In this document: positions 12,135 through 26,115 of the stretch, in pieces | Position numbering within the stretch: position 1 is the stretch's first letter | Layout of the letters: every line of letters begins with the position of its first letter | Assembly: GCA_051942245.1 (NCBI GenBank) | Contig: JAVECL010000117.1 | Span: 1-50,563, forward strand | DNA from: Trypethelium eluteriae | Lineage: Eukaryota | Direction of reading: 5' to 3' | Length of the DNA stretch: 50,563 nt | Position numbers and translations under genes: made by a program | Notes under the pieces: generated by a model | What the model was told of the DNA's origin: nothing | Databases searched by the model: none | What the model saw: only the letters and a program-made list of their open reading frames with translations

Positions 12135-13396
12135 CTAATTATGACCCTGGATCGCGCGGGGCTGATACAGCTCTTCTAGATACTTGCTTTCTTCTGCGGT
12201 CAAAGTTTTATCCCGAGCACCTAGAGCCTCATCCATCCTCTCGATACTGCTGAAGCCTATGATTGGTGAAGTGACTTTCTGGTTGATCCTAGTCTCTGTC
12301 AGCAACAATCACCAAACTATGTGGCCAACTTCTCTTACCACGCAAGAGCGACTTGAGATATCTTCCAGCCTTTCTTTTTGGCCAGCTCTTCAACTCGAGC
12401 AATGATCTGCCGATCTATATCTGTATGACCGGTCGGAAACATGACATTTTGTTGCTCTTGAGCAGACCGAGCAGTACTCCCGAAAGCGGATGCGGGTCGA
12501 GCCAGATGTCCTCGTGCTAATGGAGCCCAGGGAATGAGACCCACCCCGGTGAGGTCACAGTATTTATTCATCTCTCGCTCCTCTTCACGATAGAGAAGGC
12601 TGTAATGGTTCTGCATCGAAACAAACTTCGTCCAGCCATTTTTCTCTGCAACTGTCTGCATCATTGCGAGCTGATACGCCCACATGCTGGACGCACCTAT
12701 GTATCGAACTTTGCCAGATTTTACCAGGTCATGCAGTGTTTCCATGGTCTCCTCAATCTCCGTATTGGGATCAAACCGATGGATCTGGAGTAGATCAAGA
12801 TAATCAGTGCCGAGTCGCTTAAGAGACTGATCGACGTTATGGATAATTGATCGACGGGAGAGACCACCCAGGTTGACATAATCCTTGCTCTTGCTAATGG
12901 TATCGCGGTACGCAACAGCCCTGATTCCTGTCTCCTCCGCCACGGTACCATAGCATTTGGACAGAATGACAAGCTTCTCTCGGGGTAAGTTGTATTTCTT
13001 GATGGCGCTGCCAATAACCTGCTCGCTGACACCATTACTATACACATTGGCTGTATCCCAAGTGTTTAGCCCTCGGTCATAGGCCGCTTTGAGGATCGGT
13101 AGAGACTACAATTCTCAGCAAGGGGACATAATAGCGTCCGCGCGTAAGTAGTCACCTTTTCTTCGTCAAGGACCCAAGGCATCCACTCAGGGCTCCCAAA
13201 ACTTGGAGATGTTAGCCAATGCACGAGATACCGAGGGAGAAGTGAACAGGTCGGCTCCGATGGCTCGAATGAGGTTCACTCACGACATTGCACCGAGGAT
13301 GGGGACGGACACTCGCAGTCCGCTCCTCCCAAGTCTACGATATTCGGGCTTGGTCTCCTCGACGGAAAGAAGGACGGGGTCTTTTTGCTCAGACAT
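12135..13396 (-). CDS. Aldo-keto reductase, aryl-alcohol dehydrogenase-like (4 exons)
   Basis: Motifs [83 protein letters not shown]. Confidence 0.92.
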
Positions 13397-14249
13397 ATTC
13401 GTTTGACTAACGCTGACTTCGAATTCAGTATGAAATTGAAGTCAGAATGAACCTTGAGCTGTTGAAGGATGACTTGAGAAGAGTCTTCTCCTCGCTAGGT
13501 AAGTTGGAATAAATGGAAAATGGCCGACGGAGTTAGGAGATTGTGGAAAAAACCGAAAGTAAGAACGAGTAGGCACGGTTTCTTCGAATTATCTCGTAAA
13601 GAACAGCACTCGGGCTACGCGAAGAGCTACCAGAGAGTTAAAATGGACCGCTGGAGGCTTTGTCGACAATACTAAACGAAGATCCAGGTGTGATGAGTCT
13701 ACAAAGGCGTGATCTCAACGGACTTAGAGTGACGAAAGTCTGTTAACCCATAGTGTCGTGATCATGTCTCTGGCTTAAAGCCGATCTGCCCCGCCATACT
13801 TTCCCCGTAGTACGTTCACATTGACTCGCACCGACCTTTCTGGTCGCTGTTGTTTGGTGACGTCGTGGCTAATCTACCCGCCAACATTTTGCCCAGAGTG
13901 ATTGCGGAGTGGTTCAACTTTCAATGCAAAGCCAACTCATAGTGCTTGCATTGTCAGAGCAACGGACTCGTACGCATCGAAAATTGTCTCTTCGAAGCAG
14001 TCCACGTAGAGAAAGGCCCCATTTTAGATTCATGGCGCCGCTAGAATAGATAGTGTTCGCAGATGACGACACTCCTCCGCACAGGTTTTGAGGGGACGAA
14101 CAACAATATGATCCACGTCTCAGTCTCAGATAGGTACTGCAGTCTGCACTTGCAAGAGCTTCACATGAGACACGTTCATTTAAGCTTCAACGTCCACTTC
14201 TCTCCTCCTATTCTTCTGCTATCCACCATTCGGTATACTTGACCTAGTA

Positions 14250-16447
14250 ATGGCTTCTGATGCAACGTGGGGCACCCACAAGTGGTGGAAGGAGGCGGTA
14301 GTGTACCAGGTACGTTTTCTTCCATCCTCTATTGGGACCGATAATCTAACATTGAAAGATCTATCCGGCTTCTTTTAAGTCTACTGGAACTAGTACACGG
14401 CCAGGTTGGGGAGACCTTCGGGGTATCATCTCAGAATTGGACCACATCAAATGGCTGGGCGGTGGGTTTACCAAACGATACCGATTATCATACCCATATC
14501 CTCAATATCTAACCGTGCGCTCGGCGTGATTATAGTGGATGTAGTTTGGCTATCTCCGAGTCAGTATCAATGCTTTGGATCTCAAAAACGTGGCTCACTA
14601 AAACCAAAGTTTACAAGAGTCCACAAGTGGATATGGGCTACGACATTGTAAGTTCCCCGAGTCATTGCACGATATCTACACAAACTCGTTAATACTTCAT
14701 GAAGTCAGACTATAAGGATGTTGACCCACTTTACGGTTCACTAAGCGATGTCGACGAACTTATCCGTGAGCTCCATAAGCGCGACATGAAACTCATGATG
14801 GACTTGGTCGTCAATCATACTTCAGACCAGGTATAGAAATCTCATACCAAAATCTATCAATCGACGCAGTTCATGTCGTAGGCACAACCAGGCCGCAGAC
14901 TCTGCGACCAAGTTCTTTGGTGTCTAGGTATTTGGACAGATTGGCTAATCCATCGCAGCACGCTTGGTTCAAAGAATCGCGTTCTTCTCTGGACAATCCC
15001 AAGCGCGATTGGTATATCTGGAAAAAGCCAAAGATCGATGAAAAGGGTCAACGTCAACCACCGAACAATTGGAGCATGCTCCTTGGCGAAGCTAATTCTG
15101 CGTGGACGTATGATGAGAAGACTGACGAGTATTTTCTGTCCCTCTTTACTGCAGAACAGCCAGACCTGAACTGGGAGAATCCTGCCGTCCGCGAAGCAGT
15201 CAATGATATCCTCCGCTTCTGGCTTGATCGTGGTGCGTCGGGTTTCCGCATGGATGTGATCAATATGATTAGCAAGGTCCAAGAGTTTCCTGACGCTCCG
15301 GTGGTTGCCCCAGGGCACAAATATCAGCCAGGCTACAAGTTTTATACCAACGGACCTCGACTCCACGAATTTCTCCATGGTATGTATACAGATGTTCTCA
15401 GCAAGTACGATACCATTACTGTTGGAGAAATGCCATGGTGTCGGGAGGCAGATGACATTCTTAGGGTCGTCGGCGCCAAAGCTGAAGAACTGAATATGAT
15501 CTTCATCTTTGAATTGGTAGATATCGATGACGACTGGGGAAGATTTCGCTTGTCTCTTCGCCATTTTGAACCACGCGAAATCAAGGAGATCCAAACACGG
15601 TATCAGCGCATGATGATTGAACGGGATGGCTGGAATTCCGTGTTTTGCGAGAATCACGACAACCCCCGCTCCGTGACACGATACACCGACGACAGTGATC
15701 AATTCCGCGAGATAAGCGCGAAGCTGTTATGCTTGATGGAGACCTTTTTGTGCGGCACACTTTATGTCTATCAGGGTCAGGAGATTGGCATGAGGAACAT
15801 CCCTCCCGAATGGGATCCTTCAGAGTATAAGGATGTCGAGTCTCAGAACTACTGGAAGAAGTATGTGAATGATCACAGGTCCAAAAGAGTCAGAGCTAAT
15901 GAGATTGGCCGACAGGATGAACGACATGCACCCCGGCGACAAGGAGAAGTTGGATTTCGCACGTAAGGTTCTCCAACGCAAGGCTCGCGATAATGCTCGC
16001 ACACCAATGCAATGGACATCCGAACCGCATTCTGGCTTCTGCAAAGAAACGATCACTCCATGGATGCGTGTGAATGATGACTACAAGACTGTCAACGTAA
16101 GCGCTCAGCGCGCTTACCAAGATTCGGAGAATCTGTCCGTCCTGCAATTCTGGAAAGAATCTCTGGTAATTCGCAAGAGTGATAAAGCTTCCTTCACCTA
16201 TGGCGATTACCAACTTCTCAGTGATGACGCCAGCGCGGTTTTTGCATATCAACGCACTTCAAAGTCACGTACATGGATCGTCGCGTTGAATCTCTCAGGA
16301 GATGCAGTGAAGTGGAATCCGCCACACAATCTAAAGATCGAGGAATGGAAACTCGGCAACTACAATGGGAGACCGATGCAGCCGAAAGCCGGCCAGATTG
16401 AACTGCGTCCGTGGGAAGGCCTTCTGGGTAAGGCACTGTCAACATGA
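14250..16447 (+). CDS. GH13 intracellular alpha-glucosidase / oligo-1,6-glucosidase (7 exons)
   Basis: Motifs WWKEAVVYQ|IYPASF, DMGYDI|SDY, DLVVNHTSDQ|HAWF, GFRMDVIN (nucleophile), TVGEM, ENHDNPR, YQGQEIGM, ARDNARTPMQW. Confidence 0.93.
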
Positions 16448-17134
16448 GGAGTCGAAGCTATCGATGTCGTTGAATCTGACACAGATTATGGGTATCGCTT
16501 TTGGCACTTATCTTAGGGTTCGAACTTATCTGCACAACTGAAAGAGGGATGAAGACTGGCAATGGGATCACATCGGATTGAGGCTTATCAACACGGAAGA
16601 CAACTAAAAATAATTAGACCCTTTGACAATCGTCAGTATGACCAGCTACTATGAGAAACAGAACCATAAGTAGACAAGAGAACTGGCTTTCTTCATCTTA
16701 CTACTAAATAACACCTTCCCAATCAACTTGGTTATCGGCAAATTCACATCTTTCAATCAGTCGCTTGTTCACATCAAATGCTTGTACCATCTCAATTTTC
16801 CAGACGAAAAATCCAAGCCGTGAAGTTTAGAAGTGACTGGTTCAATAAAACGAGAATTGATTAGTGCACCGTCGAAAGTTCTGGGGTTATCAGCCCCCTG
16901 CTAGGCGAGCATAGCGAGGATGGGATTGTTTGAGATCCCGATTGTGACGTCAACCAAACGAGATTTCGCCCTTTTCGATCAATGGACGCACACGACCACG
17001 ACGACCTTAGCTTTTTGCATCGACCTGACGATTACCTATCTACGCTCTTTCATTCCCTGCGACGCAATACCTGATAACGTAGTTCGTCTGCTTGCGAAAA
17101 GTTTCAGCTGATTGCCTCATCGATCCGTTCCACA

Positions 17135-17690
17135 ATGGCATCCGACGACGCACACCGGGGCGGCAGTCTTGAAGAACTTGCAGTGGAGGGTACAAAGATA
17201 CCCAACGATGCTGGCGTTCAGAATATCATCCCGTCCGTTCCTCGGCCAGATCAGATGACTGAAAACTCCAACTTTAGTAAGGGGGAGGTCGGAGCAACAG
17301 ATCTCCAGGGAGCGGCAGATAATGCGACAGACATACCAAGGCGCAACAAGGATCTTGGGGCCACGAGTGAGGTTGTCACCGGTACTGGAGGTATGCATCC
17401 ATGATTAAGAATCTCGGTGGCACTGTCAGAGCTAACGCACACTCACTCTTGTAGATCAGATGCCTGTCCAGATCGAATCTAAGAACCTGCACTACGGACC
17501 TAACGAGCCCTTGAGCAAAGGTCATGATCGATACGATAAGCATAGCAGACAAAAGGAAAGCGACCTTGAACGATATCAGGGAGAAGGTGCAGATATGGAT
17601 CCAGTACCAGATGAGGAGAGTGGTGATTACCAGAGGACCGCCAATGCAGAAAATACACATGCATCAAGGCGTTCGGATACGAGAGGCTAA
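17135..17690 (+). CDS. Small hydrophilic hypothetical protein; intron 17391-17454
   Basis: A GTATGC..CTAAC..TAG intron joins two ORFs in frame (..VVTGTG|DQMPVQIESK..). Composition is acidic and Gly-rich. Confidence 0.72.
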
Positions 17691-19707
17691 AAGCATTAAC
17701 TAGAATATATATCCCACTCGCATGGTTACATCTAAAAATAGTGGTATTTGTGGATACTGTATTATACAAATACAGTGTTATCTCAAATCATGGTATTTCA
17801 ATAATGCTCACAATGGGAGAGCACTGCCAGCTGTTAAAGCGTCTCCGACTATTTCGTATAGCATTTGTTTACATCTTTTCCACTTCATGTCAAGAGTATC
17901 AAGAAGTAAGAGAAAAGCCTGTGTACCAAGACAGCAGCGCGTCAGTCTCTGCATATTTCTGGGCAGAAGATGGTCGAAGTTGCATGAGCCTCCTTCAGCC
18001 GCGTTATTAGGTTTGTGGCACCTGGAAAATATGTTCCTTCCTCGTATACAGATTCGTAAAGGGGGCCGAATTATCATCTCCCAGCTTCCGATTAAGGGAG
18101 CATCAGCCATATTGTTTACGTTAACAGAACGACACGCACAGAAAACGATATGCCATACAAACGAAATTACAGGTCAACAGCAAAATCTTCGGAAAATCAA
18201 CTACATACCAGGTAGATCTCGGCGGGATAACGTGGGGTAGCTTCATGTGGTCAGCATGCGAGTCGGAAGGAATGAACTAATGGTTTAGGCGAGCTTGGCA
18301 CCGCTTGGGTGGCTTGGATAGTCAGAAAAAATAGCGACATCATTCAACACCGGTGATGATAATGATCATAAGCTAATACAAATTCAACCCGCGAAGTTCC
18401 GCCAACGCAAACCAAATAAGGTCTGCGGATTCAAATCAGACATAGTAGATGAGACTGAAGGAGCGTGCCTTGTCCCGAATGACTGTAAGGTGAGGAGAAC
18501 GAGTGAATGGTTGACCGTACTTCTTCACTCAAGCCTCTTTAACTGTGAAATCAGATATAAGCAGGAATCTCGGGAGGTACCATACAACAGCAGAGGTATC
18601 ATCGAGCACCTCTCGTGTGGCACATGTGGTATATGCCGTAGAAACCTAAAGACTGGAGTTGTGAGCCCCTAACACAGTGGTGCAGGATTACGCCCGTGGA
18701 AGTTGTGCATCAGAAATACTCCGTCAGAGCTGGAAAGTTCCGGCGATGGTAGAATCGTAGGCTTGAAACCGCCTTGCCATGTACCACAAGTGCAGCCAGG
18801 AGTTGTGAGAGTGAGCTATCCGCCGGAGGGAGGTGACGGGATAGAAGTACAATTGGTTTTACACCTTCAAAGGATGCCGTGTTGTACATCCTGTGCCACC
18901 ATCAGTTGACATTGGAGCAGAAAGAGTAATCGCATCAATACAACCATGTTTTGTGCGTCCTGGATACGCGACGTGGATGGATTCCGAGAGGGCACAACGC
19001 CCCCTGTTGTGGTTTCGGCCAAGACTCCGTGCTTCATTACTTCCGTCTAGCTTTGCGCCGGCAGGCCGACTAAATGGCAATTCGCCAAATAATAACAGTC
19101 TTGTTCGCCATTTAGTCAGAGGACGATAAATGGGAATGGATGCTGACCCATAGACGCCGTGTCTGTCCGATCGTGCCTTTTCCCGATGCGGTAGGATAAG
19201 GAGAAGCGTGCATTTCTGTCGCCGTCATCTCCCCACTCAGCACGTCTGGATGACAGCCAAACCCCACCAGAGCACCCACCAAGCTCACAAAATGATGATG
19301 TGTAGTCCTGGTGCTCCGTATTCGAGCCACCGAGCATTGCGTGCTGCATGGATCCGCTCCCGCCTTCCCTTCACATGCATGGGGGGCTCGTAGCCGTCAA
19401 ACCAATCCATCTGAAACTCCCTTTACCTTACAATCCACGCCGCAGTCTCCTTCCTCGGCCCCATGTGGCCCAATCCCGACAACAAGCTGGGTTGATTGAT
19501 CAGGCCCGGGGTTTCGTTGCTGGCATGGCAAAGGTTCACACACAGATACACACCTGTTCCCTCGAGTTCTTCCATCTTTTTTAATTGAATCCCGTAACTG
19601 TCTGTTGATGGCATTCCAGTGACTTCTCAGCTCCTGCCTTCGTTATCTCTGCTCGCGCCGCCTTATCCACCCAAGGGAACGCACTTACTAAAGCCATTGG
19701 CCCATGT

Positions 19708-21300
19708 ATGGTCTTCCGTGAAGAACGCGGTCTCCCCTCTGCGATGAACAGTCACGTCAAAGGCCGCGGTCCGTCTCACACCATGACCGGAACTATGACA
19801 ATGGAAGCAATGTCGATTCTGGACGAGAAACGGGCGCTCGAAAGCGCGTCCGAAAGATACGACTCCCCGCATTCCACCTCTTCCTCCCTTCGAGAACTTC
19901 TCTTAGCACCTCAGGGTGCTGTCCTCTCGCTTTCGTCCATTCGACTATTCACCTATCGAGCATGCTTTGCATTACTTCCCAGCTTCATTCAAAAGAGAAT
20001 CACCGGAGAGATCACGAAACCCGAAAGGCTCCATCCAAGCTCCCATCTGGATGGCATCCGGGGTCTCGCAGCATTCTTCGTCTTTCTCTGCCACCTTTCC
20101 TACAATTGCTTCATCATTACGTATGGCTTTGGTTTAGGGGACGAGGGCGACAACTACCATCTTTTACAACTTCCCATCATTCGACTATTCTACTCTGGCC
20201 CACCAATGGTCAGCCTCTTCTTCGTCATATCCGGCTACGCTCTCTCCCTCAAACCCCTCAAACAAATGCGTGCCCACCAATGGGACGGCCTAATGCAAAC
20301 AATGAGCTCCTCCATCTTCAGGCGCGGCCTCCGCCTCTACCTACCCACCACCATCTCTACCCTCCTCATCCTCCTCATGATCCGCGGCGGGCTCTACGAA
20401 GCCACCCGGCCCTTCGCCCAAAACCACGAGATGCTCCGCAATGTGCTCGAGCTGCACCCATCGCGCTACCTGAGCTTCAGCGAACAATTCCAGGACTGGA
20501 TCTGGACGATCCACAACTTCATCTTCGTCTGGTCCTGGGACGTGTACGCCGGCTCGACCTTCTACGACGTGCACCTGTGGACAATCCCGACCGAATTCCG
20601 CTCCTCCATGTTCCTCTTCGCCTGCCTCGTCGGCTGCGCTCGCTGCAAATCCTACCTCCGCGTCGCCATCCTCTCCGGGCTCGCCTACTTCGTCTTTCGT
20701 AATGACCGCTGGGAGCTCTTCCTCTTCCTGAGCGGCGCGATACTCGCGGAGCTCGACCTTATTCGCACAACGCGCATGTTAGCCCGGGGGGAGAAAGAAA
20801 TCCATATGACGCCCTTGAAACGCAGCTTCTGGCTTACGGTCGCGATTGTCGCGCTCTATCTCATGTCGCAACCCGATGAGTTTGCCGAGGAGACGCCGGG
20901 GTGGATCTATCTTACGCAATGGATTCCGCTCTGGTTTAGCACTCCATATCGGTATTGGCAGTCGCTCGGGTCTGTGTTGTTTCTTTGGGCGGTCAACAAT
21001 GCACCGTTCTTGCAGCAGCCCTTCAATTCGGGTCCGATACAGTATCTGGGCAAGGTCAGCTACGCGCTATATGTGATGCATGGGCCCGTCATCCACATCA
21101 TTGGATATACGATTGAGCCGATGGTGTGGAGTTTTACGGGTTCCGACACGGAGTTGGAATACAAGGTCGGGTTCATGCTGTCGACGGTGCTCATTGTACC
21201 CTTCTTGCTGTGGGCGGCGGATCTCTTTTGGCGCGCATTCGATATTCCGTCGGTCAAGTTTGCAAAATGGCTCGAGAGCCAATTCATTGTGGAGGAATGA
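19708..21300 (+). CDS. Acyltransferase-3 family multi-pass membrane O-acyltransferase
   Basis: Motifs LDGIRGLAA, LFFVISGYALS, FRRGLRLYLP, HLWTIPTEFRSS, YLGKVSYALYVMH. Multiple hydrophobic segments. Exact start codon uncertain. Confidence 0.9.
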   Translation: MVFREERGLPSAMNSHVKGRGPSHTMTGTMTMEAMSILDEKRALESASERYDSPHSTSSSLRELLLAPQGAVLSLSSIRLFTYRACFALLPSFIQKRITGEITKPERLHPSSHLDGIRGLAAFFVFLCHLSYNCFIITYGFGLGDEGDNYHLLQLPIIRLFYSGPPMVSLFFVISGYALSLKPLKQMRAHQWDGLMQTMSSSIFRRGLRLYLPTTISTLLILLMIRGGLYEATRPFAQNHEMLRNVLELHPSRYLSFSEQFQDWIWTIHNFIFVWSWDVYAGSTFYDVHLWTIPTEFRSSMFLFACLVGCARCKSYLRVAILSGLAYFVFRNDRWELFLFLSGAILAELDLIRTTRMLARGEKEIHMTPLKRSFWLTVAIVALYLMSQPDEFAEETPGWIYLTQWIPLWFSTPYRYWQSLGSVLFLWAVNNAPFLQQPFNSGPIQYLGKVSYALYVMHGPVIHIIGYTIEPMVWSFTGSDTELEYKVGFMLSTVLIVPFLLWAADLFWRAFDIPSVKFAKWLESQFIVEE

Positions 21301-21936
21301 AGAATATAGACTAGAAGGGAAAACGAAGAAAAGAGGAGACACCTCAGACTGGATGAAAGGGAGTTCTCTTGGACTGAATCAAAAGCGTTATACTGAGATG
21401 GTGGACCCTGGACCTCGTTTTGGCGCGAAAAGGCCTTTTCCATGGCTCTTTGGACAAATCACGACGCATCGCACTTTATCCTCGAACTGGATACGGAACA
21501 CATTTTTTTGAATTTGGGACGCTAAAAGAGGCGCTAGAGGCGCTCAAATTGGGTATTCAACCAGCATTTTCGGGTCCACGGCGTTCCTCATGCGTCCGTA
21601 CTTGTATATATAAGCACACATTGGCACGAAGAGGTGGGAAGAACCCTGGAGTATGGACTTCATTTCGGATTCTGGAGATCTTGCATACTATGTGTAGCCG
21701 AAAGCTAAGATCAGCAAGCGTAGCATACATATCATAAAAAGAACGCAGCCGACTTCTCTCCTTTGCTAGAAGCGGCATTGGGTATCAAAGTCGTAGAAGC
21801 GTCATTCATCTCAGTAGCCCGAGGCTTCTTCCGCACCTTGCAAACTCAGAAGCGAGTGTCCGAACTCCATGTCATGCTAATAAATGCCGACCCTCGCATC
21901 TATGCCGTCTTGCTCAGGATATTAATCTACTACGGG

Positions 21937-23377
21937 TCATTCAGGTTTCCGTCCCCATACCATTCGTCTGACGACTAATTAGCAAAATGTGACCATGCAT
22001 AAAGCATTTCGCCGCACTCACATGGTCCAATAGGCGTGGAGACTCGTATTCTTCAAGTCCTTCCTGCATCCGGCAAGCAAGACCTGCACCTCATCCACCG
22101 TCCAACCCAGGAACCTCGTAAACGGGGCCAAGGCCAAACCCTCCAGGATGGCAGATGTGTTCTCCCTCGTCCAGACGCCAAACTGCTTCATCTGCTTATC
22201 CTTCGGCCACGAATTGATCGGCCACTTGTAGACCTTTTCCTGCACATCGACATACCCCGCCTCCTCAAGAAGCCGTTTATGATCTTTCGACTGGTCCCGC
22301 ATCTTGCGTCCGGCCTTCTCGAAACCCTCGGTAGCTAGAGACCACCACTTGGCGAGATCGCACGAGGGCGGGTCGAGGGTGAAGCTGCCGTCGTCGGACT
22401 GTACGGTCTCGACATCCTGCAGCTCGATCCAGCCACCGGGGACAGTCCACTCGAAGGCGCGGGAGAGGAAGGCGGGCCAGTCGCCGAAGGAGCCGACCAT
22501 CATACGCGAGTGGATGAAGTCGAATGGAGCGCGGTAGTGCCATGTATCTTCGGCGTCATCGATTATGAATTGGAGGTTTGGGGGAACGTGTTCGGGCTGC
22601 GTAGGGGAGAGGTCGATGCCGATTACCTGTGAGAAGGTGAGCGGGGGAAGCAGGGTGGGAGACGCGACGCGTGTACTTGAGCTTCTGGGTGTTCCTCGGC
22701 TATGAGATGATTAGTTGTGGACTGTAGATGATACGATAAGGAAGTCCTTACCAAAATCCATGGCCCAAATTCCGGTGCCTGTTCCAACGTCTAGACAATT
22801 ATGAATTTTACCGATGGGTGCCTCCTGAAGTTTGCCACCTAATGTCATCTCGAACAGATGATGTTGGAGATCTGCAACCCTTGATGAGCAATTGGTATTG
22901 AATTAACGGTCTAGAGGTCACTGACCCATTCTGTCAAGCTCGGTCTGCAATCATAGTAGTCGTTAGCAAAAGGAGGCAGCGCCAATCTTGAATATTCTGT
23001 CTAGAATGGCGTACCTCATCGTTGGGGATCTGGTATTCTTACAAAGAGAGTGCGTCAGTACTCAAAGCAATGCATGTAGATGTTCATCAAATCTCACTTC
23101 CTTCCCTGTAAGAATGGTATGTCCTCCCATTTTCCGTGCGGTAATGTTTGATGCTGGAGGCCAGAGAGGCAGAATAGGCAGAGCTGTCGCTGCTAGGTCT
23201 CAGCGCTTTGAATCGACGGTGCAACAGATTCGGGTGCTTACTCTGAAATCTCCGAAAAGCCAGAGTCGTCGTCCTCCTGGAATGCTTGAGCGTCATCTCA
23301 CACACTCAAAAAAAGAATTCGAAACATACATTGTCAGCAACGAGAGCCGGTCCAGCCGCGGGAGTTTCTTCGCTCAT
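21937..23377 (-). CDS. LaeA-like / TAM-domain SAM-dependent methyltransferase (9 exons)
   Basis: Spliced motifs YRTENGRTYHSYREG, PNDE|TELDRMDLQHH, LDVGTGTGIWAMDFA, VIGIDLSP, VPPNLQFIIDDAE, PGGWIELQD; ends IRMVWGRKPE*. Confidence 0.92.
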
Positions 23378-23985
23378 GGTGGCCGAGGTTGGATAGCAGC
23401 ACAATCAAGTCCGGTGATGGAGGAGGCTAGGCAGGTTGAGGCCTCGATGGAGAGGAGGAGAAGTAGGTAATATTTCATAGTGTGTGGCGTCAGCGTCGCC
23501 TTGTGGTCGGCCAGTGGTTTCCAAGTCCAGAACGAGCAAGTTGGGGCCACGCGGGTGTCTTACCTACCTACTTGGGTAGTTAGTATAGGTACTAGGCTCC
23601 ACACCATGACGGGCCGCTGTTGTAGTAGCGCAGAGTGGCGTCCGCGTGGCTCAACCTAGCGGAGACTACTCCGGACCTGGATAATTTATCCTACCATCCT
23701 ACCGTGCCACTCGAGCCTGCCGCGGCCAGTTGATCGCTCCGCTTCATCCATCCTCGCGCCAAAGCTTTACTTGCGTGTGGCACGGCGATGAATGCAACGA
23801 CTGCGCGAGACTAAGCCCGCCGGTGTATCAGGACATTGCGGCACGGGGAAAAAGCAAGCAGAGGACCGGAGTAAATAATGATGCGTTGGCTGCCCGATTC
23901 TTTGCACTCTTGACCTTGTGAACCCGCCTGGCTGGATACACCGACTGCATGTCAGATTGACAATCAACGGCATATAACAAGTGCC

Positions 23986-25684
23986 ATGGCTGTGCTTGAG
24001 CAGTTATCTCAGTACCAGTGGTACTTCTTGGGCGTGTTTCTCCTGGGATTGATTATTCATCAGTACCGGCAATGGGCTCGACTGAGCGCCTTCAAAGGCC
24101 CTCTGCTCGGAACTTTCACTAATCTCTGGCTACCATGCGCTATCTTGACCAGGCGATGCCACTTGAAGTTCGACGAGGTGAACGAAAAATATGGTTGGGA
24201 ACTCCGACAAGCTCAATCCATGTTGCATTGCTCATAAAACACTTAGGACCTCTTGCGCGCATTGGATCCAACCTACTCGTCACGAATGATCCCGAATTGT
24301 TGATACGCATGAGTTCCCGTCAGTCTGCTTGCCTGTGCGTCGCAGCAGTGGCTTAGGCTGACGCTCTCCCTTAGCCAAATCCAATTATACAAAGGCGCCA
24401 TGGTATCACGGCTCGAGAATCCAGCCCGGGCATGACAATGTCTTCAGTTCCGACAACGAGAAGTTTCATACGGAGAGAAAGGTCCAGCTCGTTCCCGGGG
24501 TATGCTATTGCTCTCAACTGCAGATAATAAATGCTATCTACTCAGGTTCAAAGACTGATCATGGTTTCTAGTATTCTGGGAAGGGGAACGAGCATCTCAC
24601 GCCGTCAATTGATAGCCACGTCCAAAATCTCATCCACCTTATCCGTAGCAAATACGTTTCAACAGACAAGGAGTCTCGACCAATGGACCTCAGCCGCAAA
24701 GCCCAGTATTTCACCCTGGATGTCATCACTGACATTGCGTACGGTCAGCCCATGGGAGATCTTGTCGACGACGATGACGTCTACAAATACATCCAATCCA
24801 CTGAAGAGATGCTCGAGGTAATCATCCTCCTTGGCTCCATGCCCATCCTCAACGACATCCTCAAAGTCCAATGGATCGCCGAACTCATGTTCCCCTCCGA
24901 AAAAGACCAAACCGGCATCGGCCGCCTCATAGGCATCTCCAAGCAACTCGTCAGCGAGCGCTTTGGTCCCAAAGCCGTCCAGCGACGCGACATGCTCGGC
25001 TCCTTTATCGAGCACGGCGTTCCTGAAGCATCACTTGTCTCAGAATCCCTCCTCCAGATCCTCGCCGGCTCCGACACCAGCGCCACCGTCATCCGCGCCA
25101 CTATGCTCTACCTCCTGACCAACCCTTCCGTCTACCGCCGTCTCCAAGCCGAAATCGATGACGCTGCTCATGAGGGTCGCATCTCTCGACCTGTCGTCAC
25201 GGACACAGAAGCCCGCGCTCTGCCTTACCTCCAGGCTGTCATAAAGGAGGGGCTCCGCATCTACCCGGCTGTCACGGGCGCTTTGACTAAAGTCGTGCCG
25301 CCGGAAGGAGACACTGTCACCCTCTCCGCAACCAACGAGACAGTCTTCTTACCTGGAGGCACTGAGATCGGGTATAATGCATGGGGCGTGCATCGCTCTC
25401 GCGCCGTCTTCGGTGCTGACGCTGACGTGTTTCGTCCCGAGCGCTGGCTCATACCTGACGGCACGGAACTGGCGCGCATGTTGCGCAGTCTGGAATTGGT
25501 GTGGGGGTACGGCAAGTATCAGTGTCTTGGGCGGCAGGTTGCCATGATTGAGCTGAATAAGGTATTTGTTGAGTTGTTCCGTAACTTTGACTTTGCGCTC
25601 TGTGATCCGACGAAGCCTTGGACGAGCTTGAATGTGGGGCTGTGGATCCAGAGAGATGAGTGGGTGAAGGTGACGGCAAGATAA
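23986..25684 (+). CDS. Cytochrome P450, pisatin-demethylase-like group (4 exons)
   Basis: N-terminal membrane anchor; AGSDTS (I-helix), EGLR, PERW, WGYGKYQCLG (heme Cys). Confidence 0.92.
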
Positions 25685-26115
25685 GGTGGAGGCCCTGACG
25701 AGGCCAATCGTCCCCGAAGAAAAGAGGGCGGAAGTGGCGCTGGTGATCAAGCGCCGGAGGGGGACGACTCTGATAATGCTATCACGACTAGTTATTAATG
25801 AGCTCGGTGGCAGATTTCGCTTTTCGCTGCACGATTTGTTGAAGCGAGCAAGGACGGCTGATTATGATTTTTAAGGACTGCTAGGGACCATGAAAAACCA
25901 CAGACGTTTTCCTCGTATATCAGGTGAACCTATCCATTGTGCATTCGTCATACTAATGAGATGGAGCGAGTGTTGCTTGCACGCCAGATCTCGACTGCAT
26001 AGGAGCTCTTCTACGGCCGACAACGCTGCAGAAATCCTTTCTCCACACCTGAATCGTTCGATTCGGCACAACCAATGTATCTGACTCTGTGCATCTAGGA
26101 CACGAACGAATCGTC

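Noticed and set aside
13400..14249. CreA-like SYGGRG hexamers in the AKR/alpha-glucosidase promoter
   Set aside because: Too short and degenerate to distinguish from chance by eye.
17722..19614. Numerous 60-170 aa ORFs in the long intergenic region
   Set aside because: No domain motifs, splice-consistent model or coding-like bias; no repeated Kex2-flanked cores suggesting a RiPP precursor.
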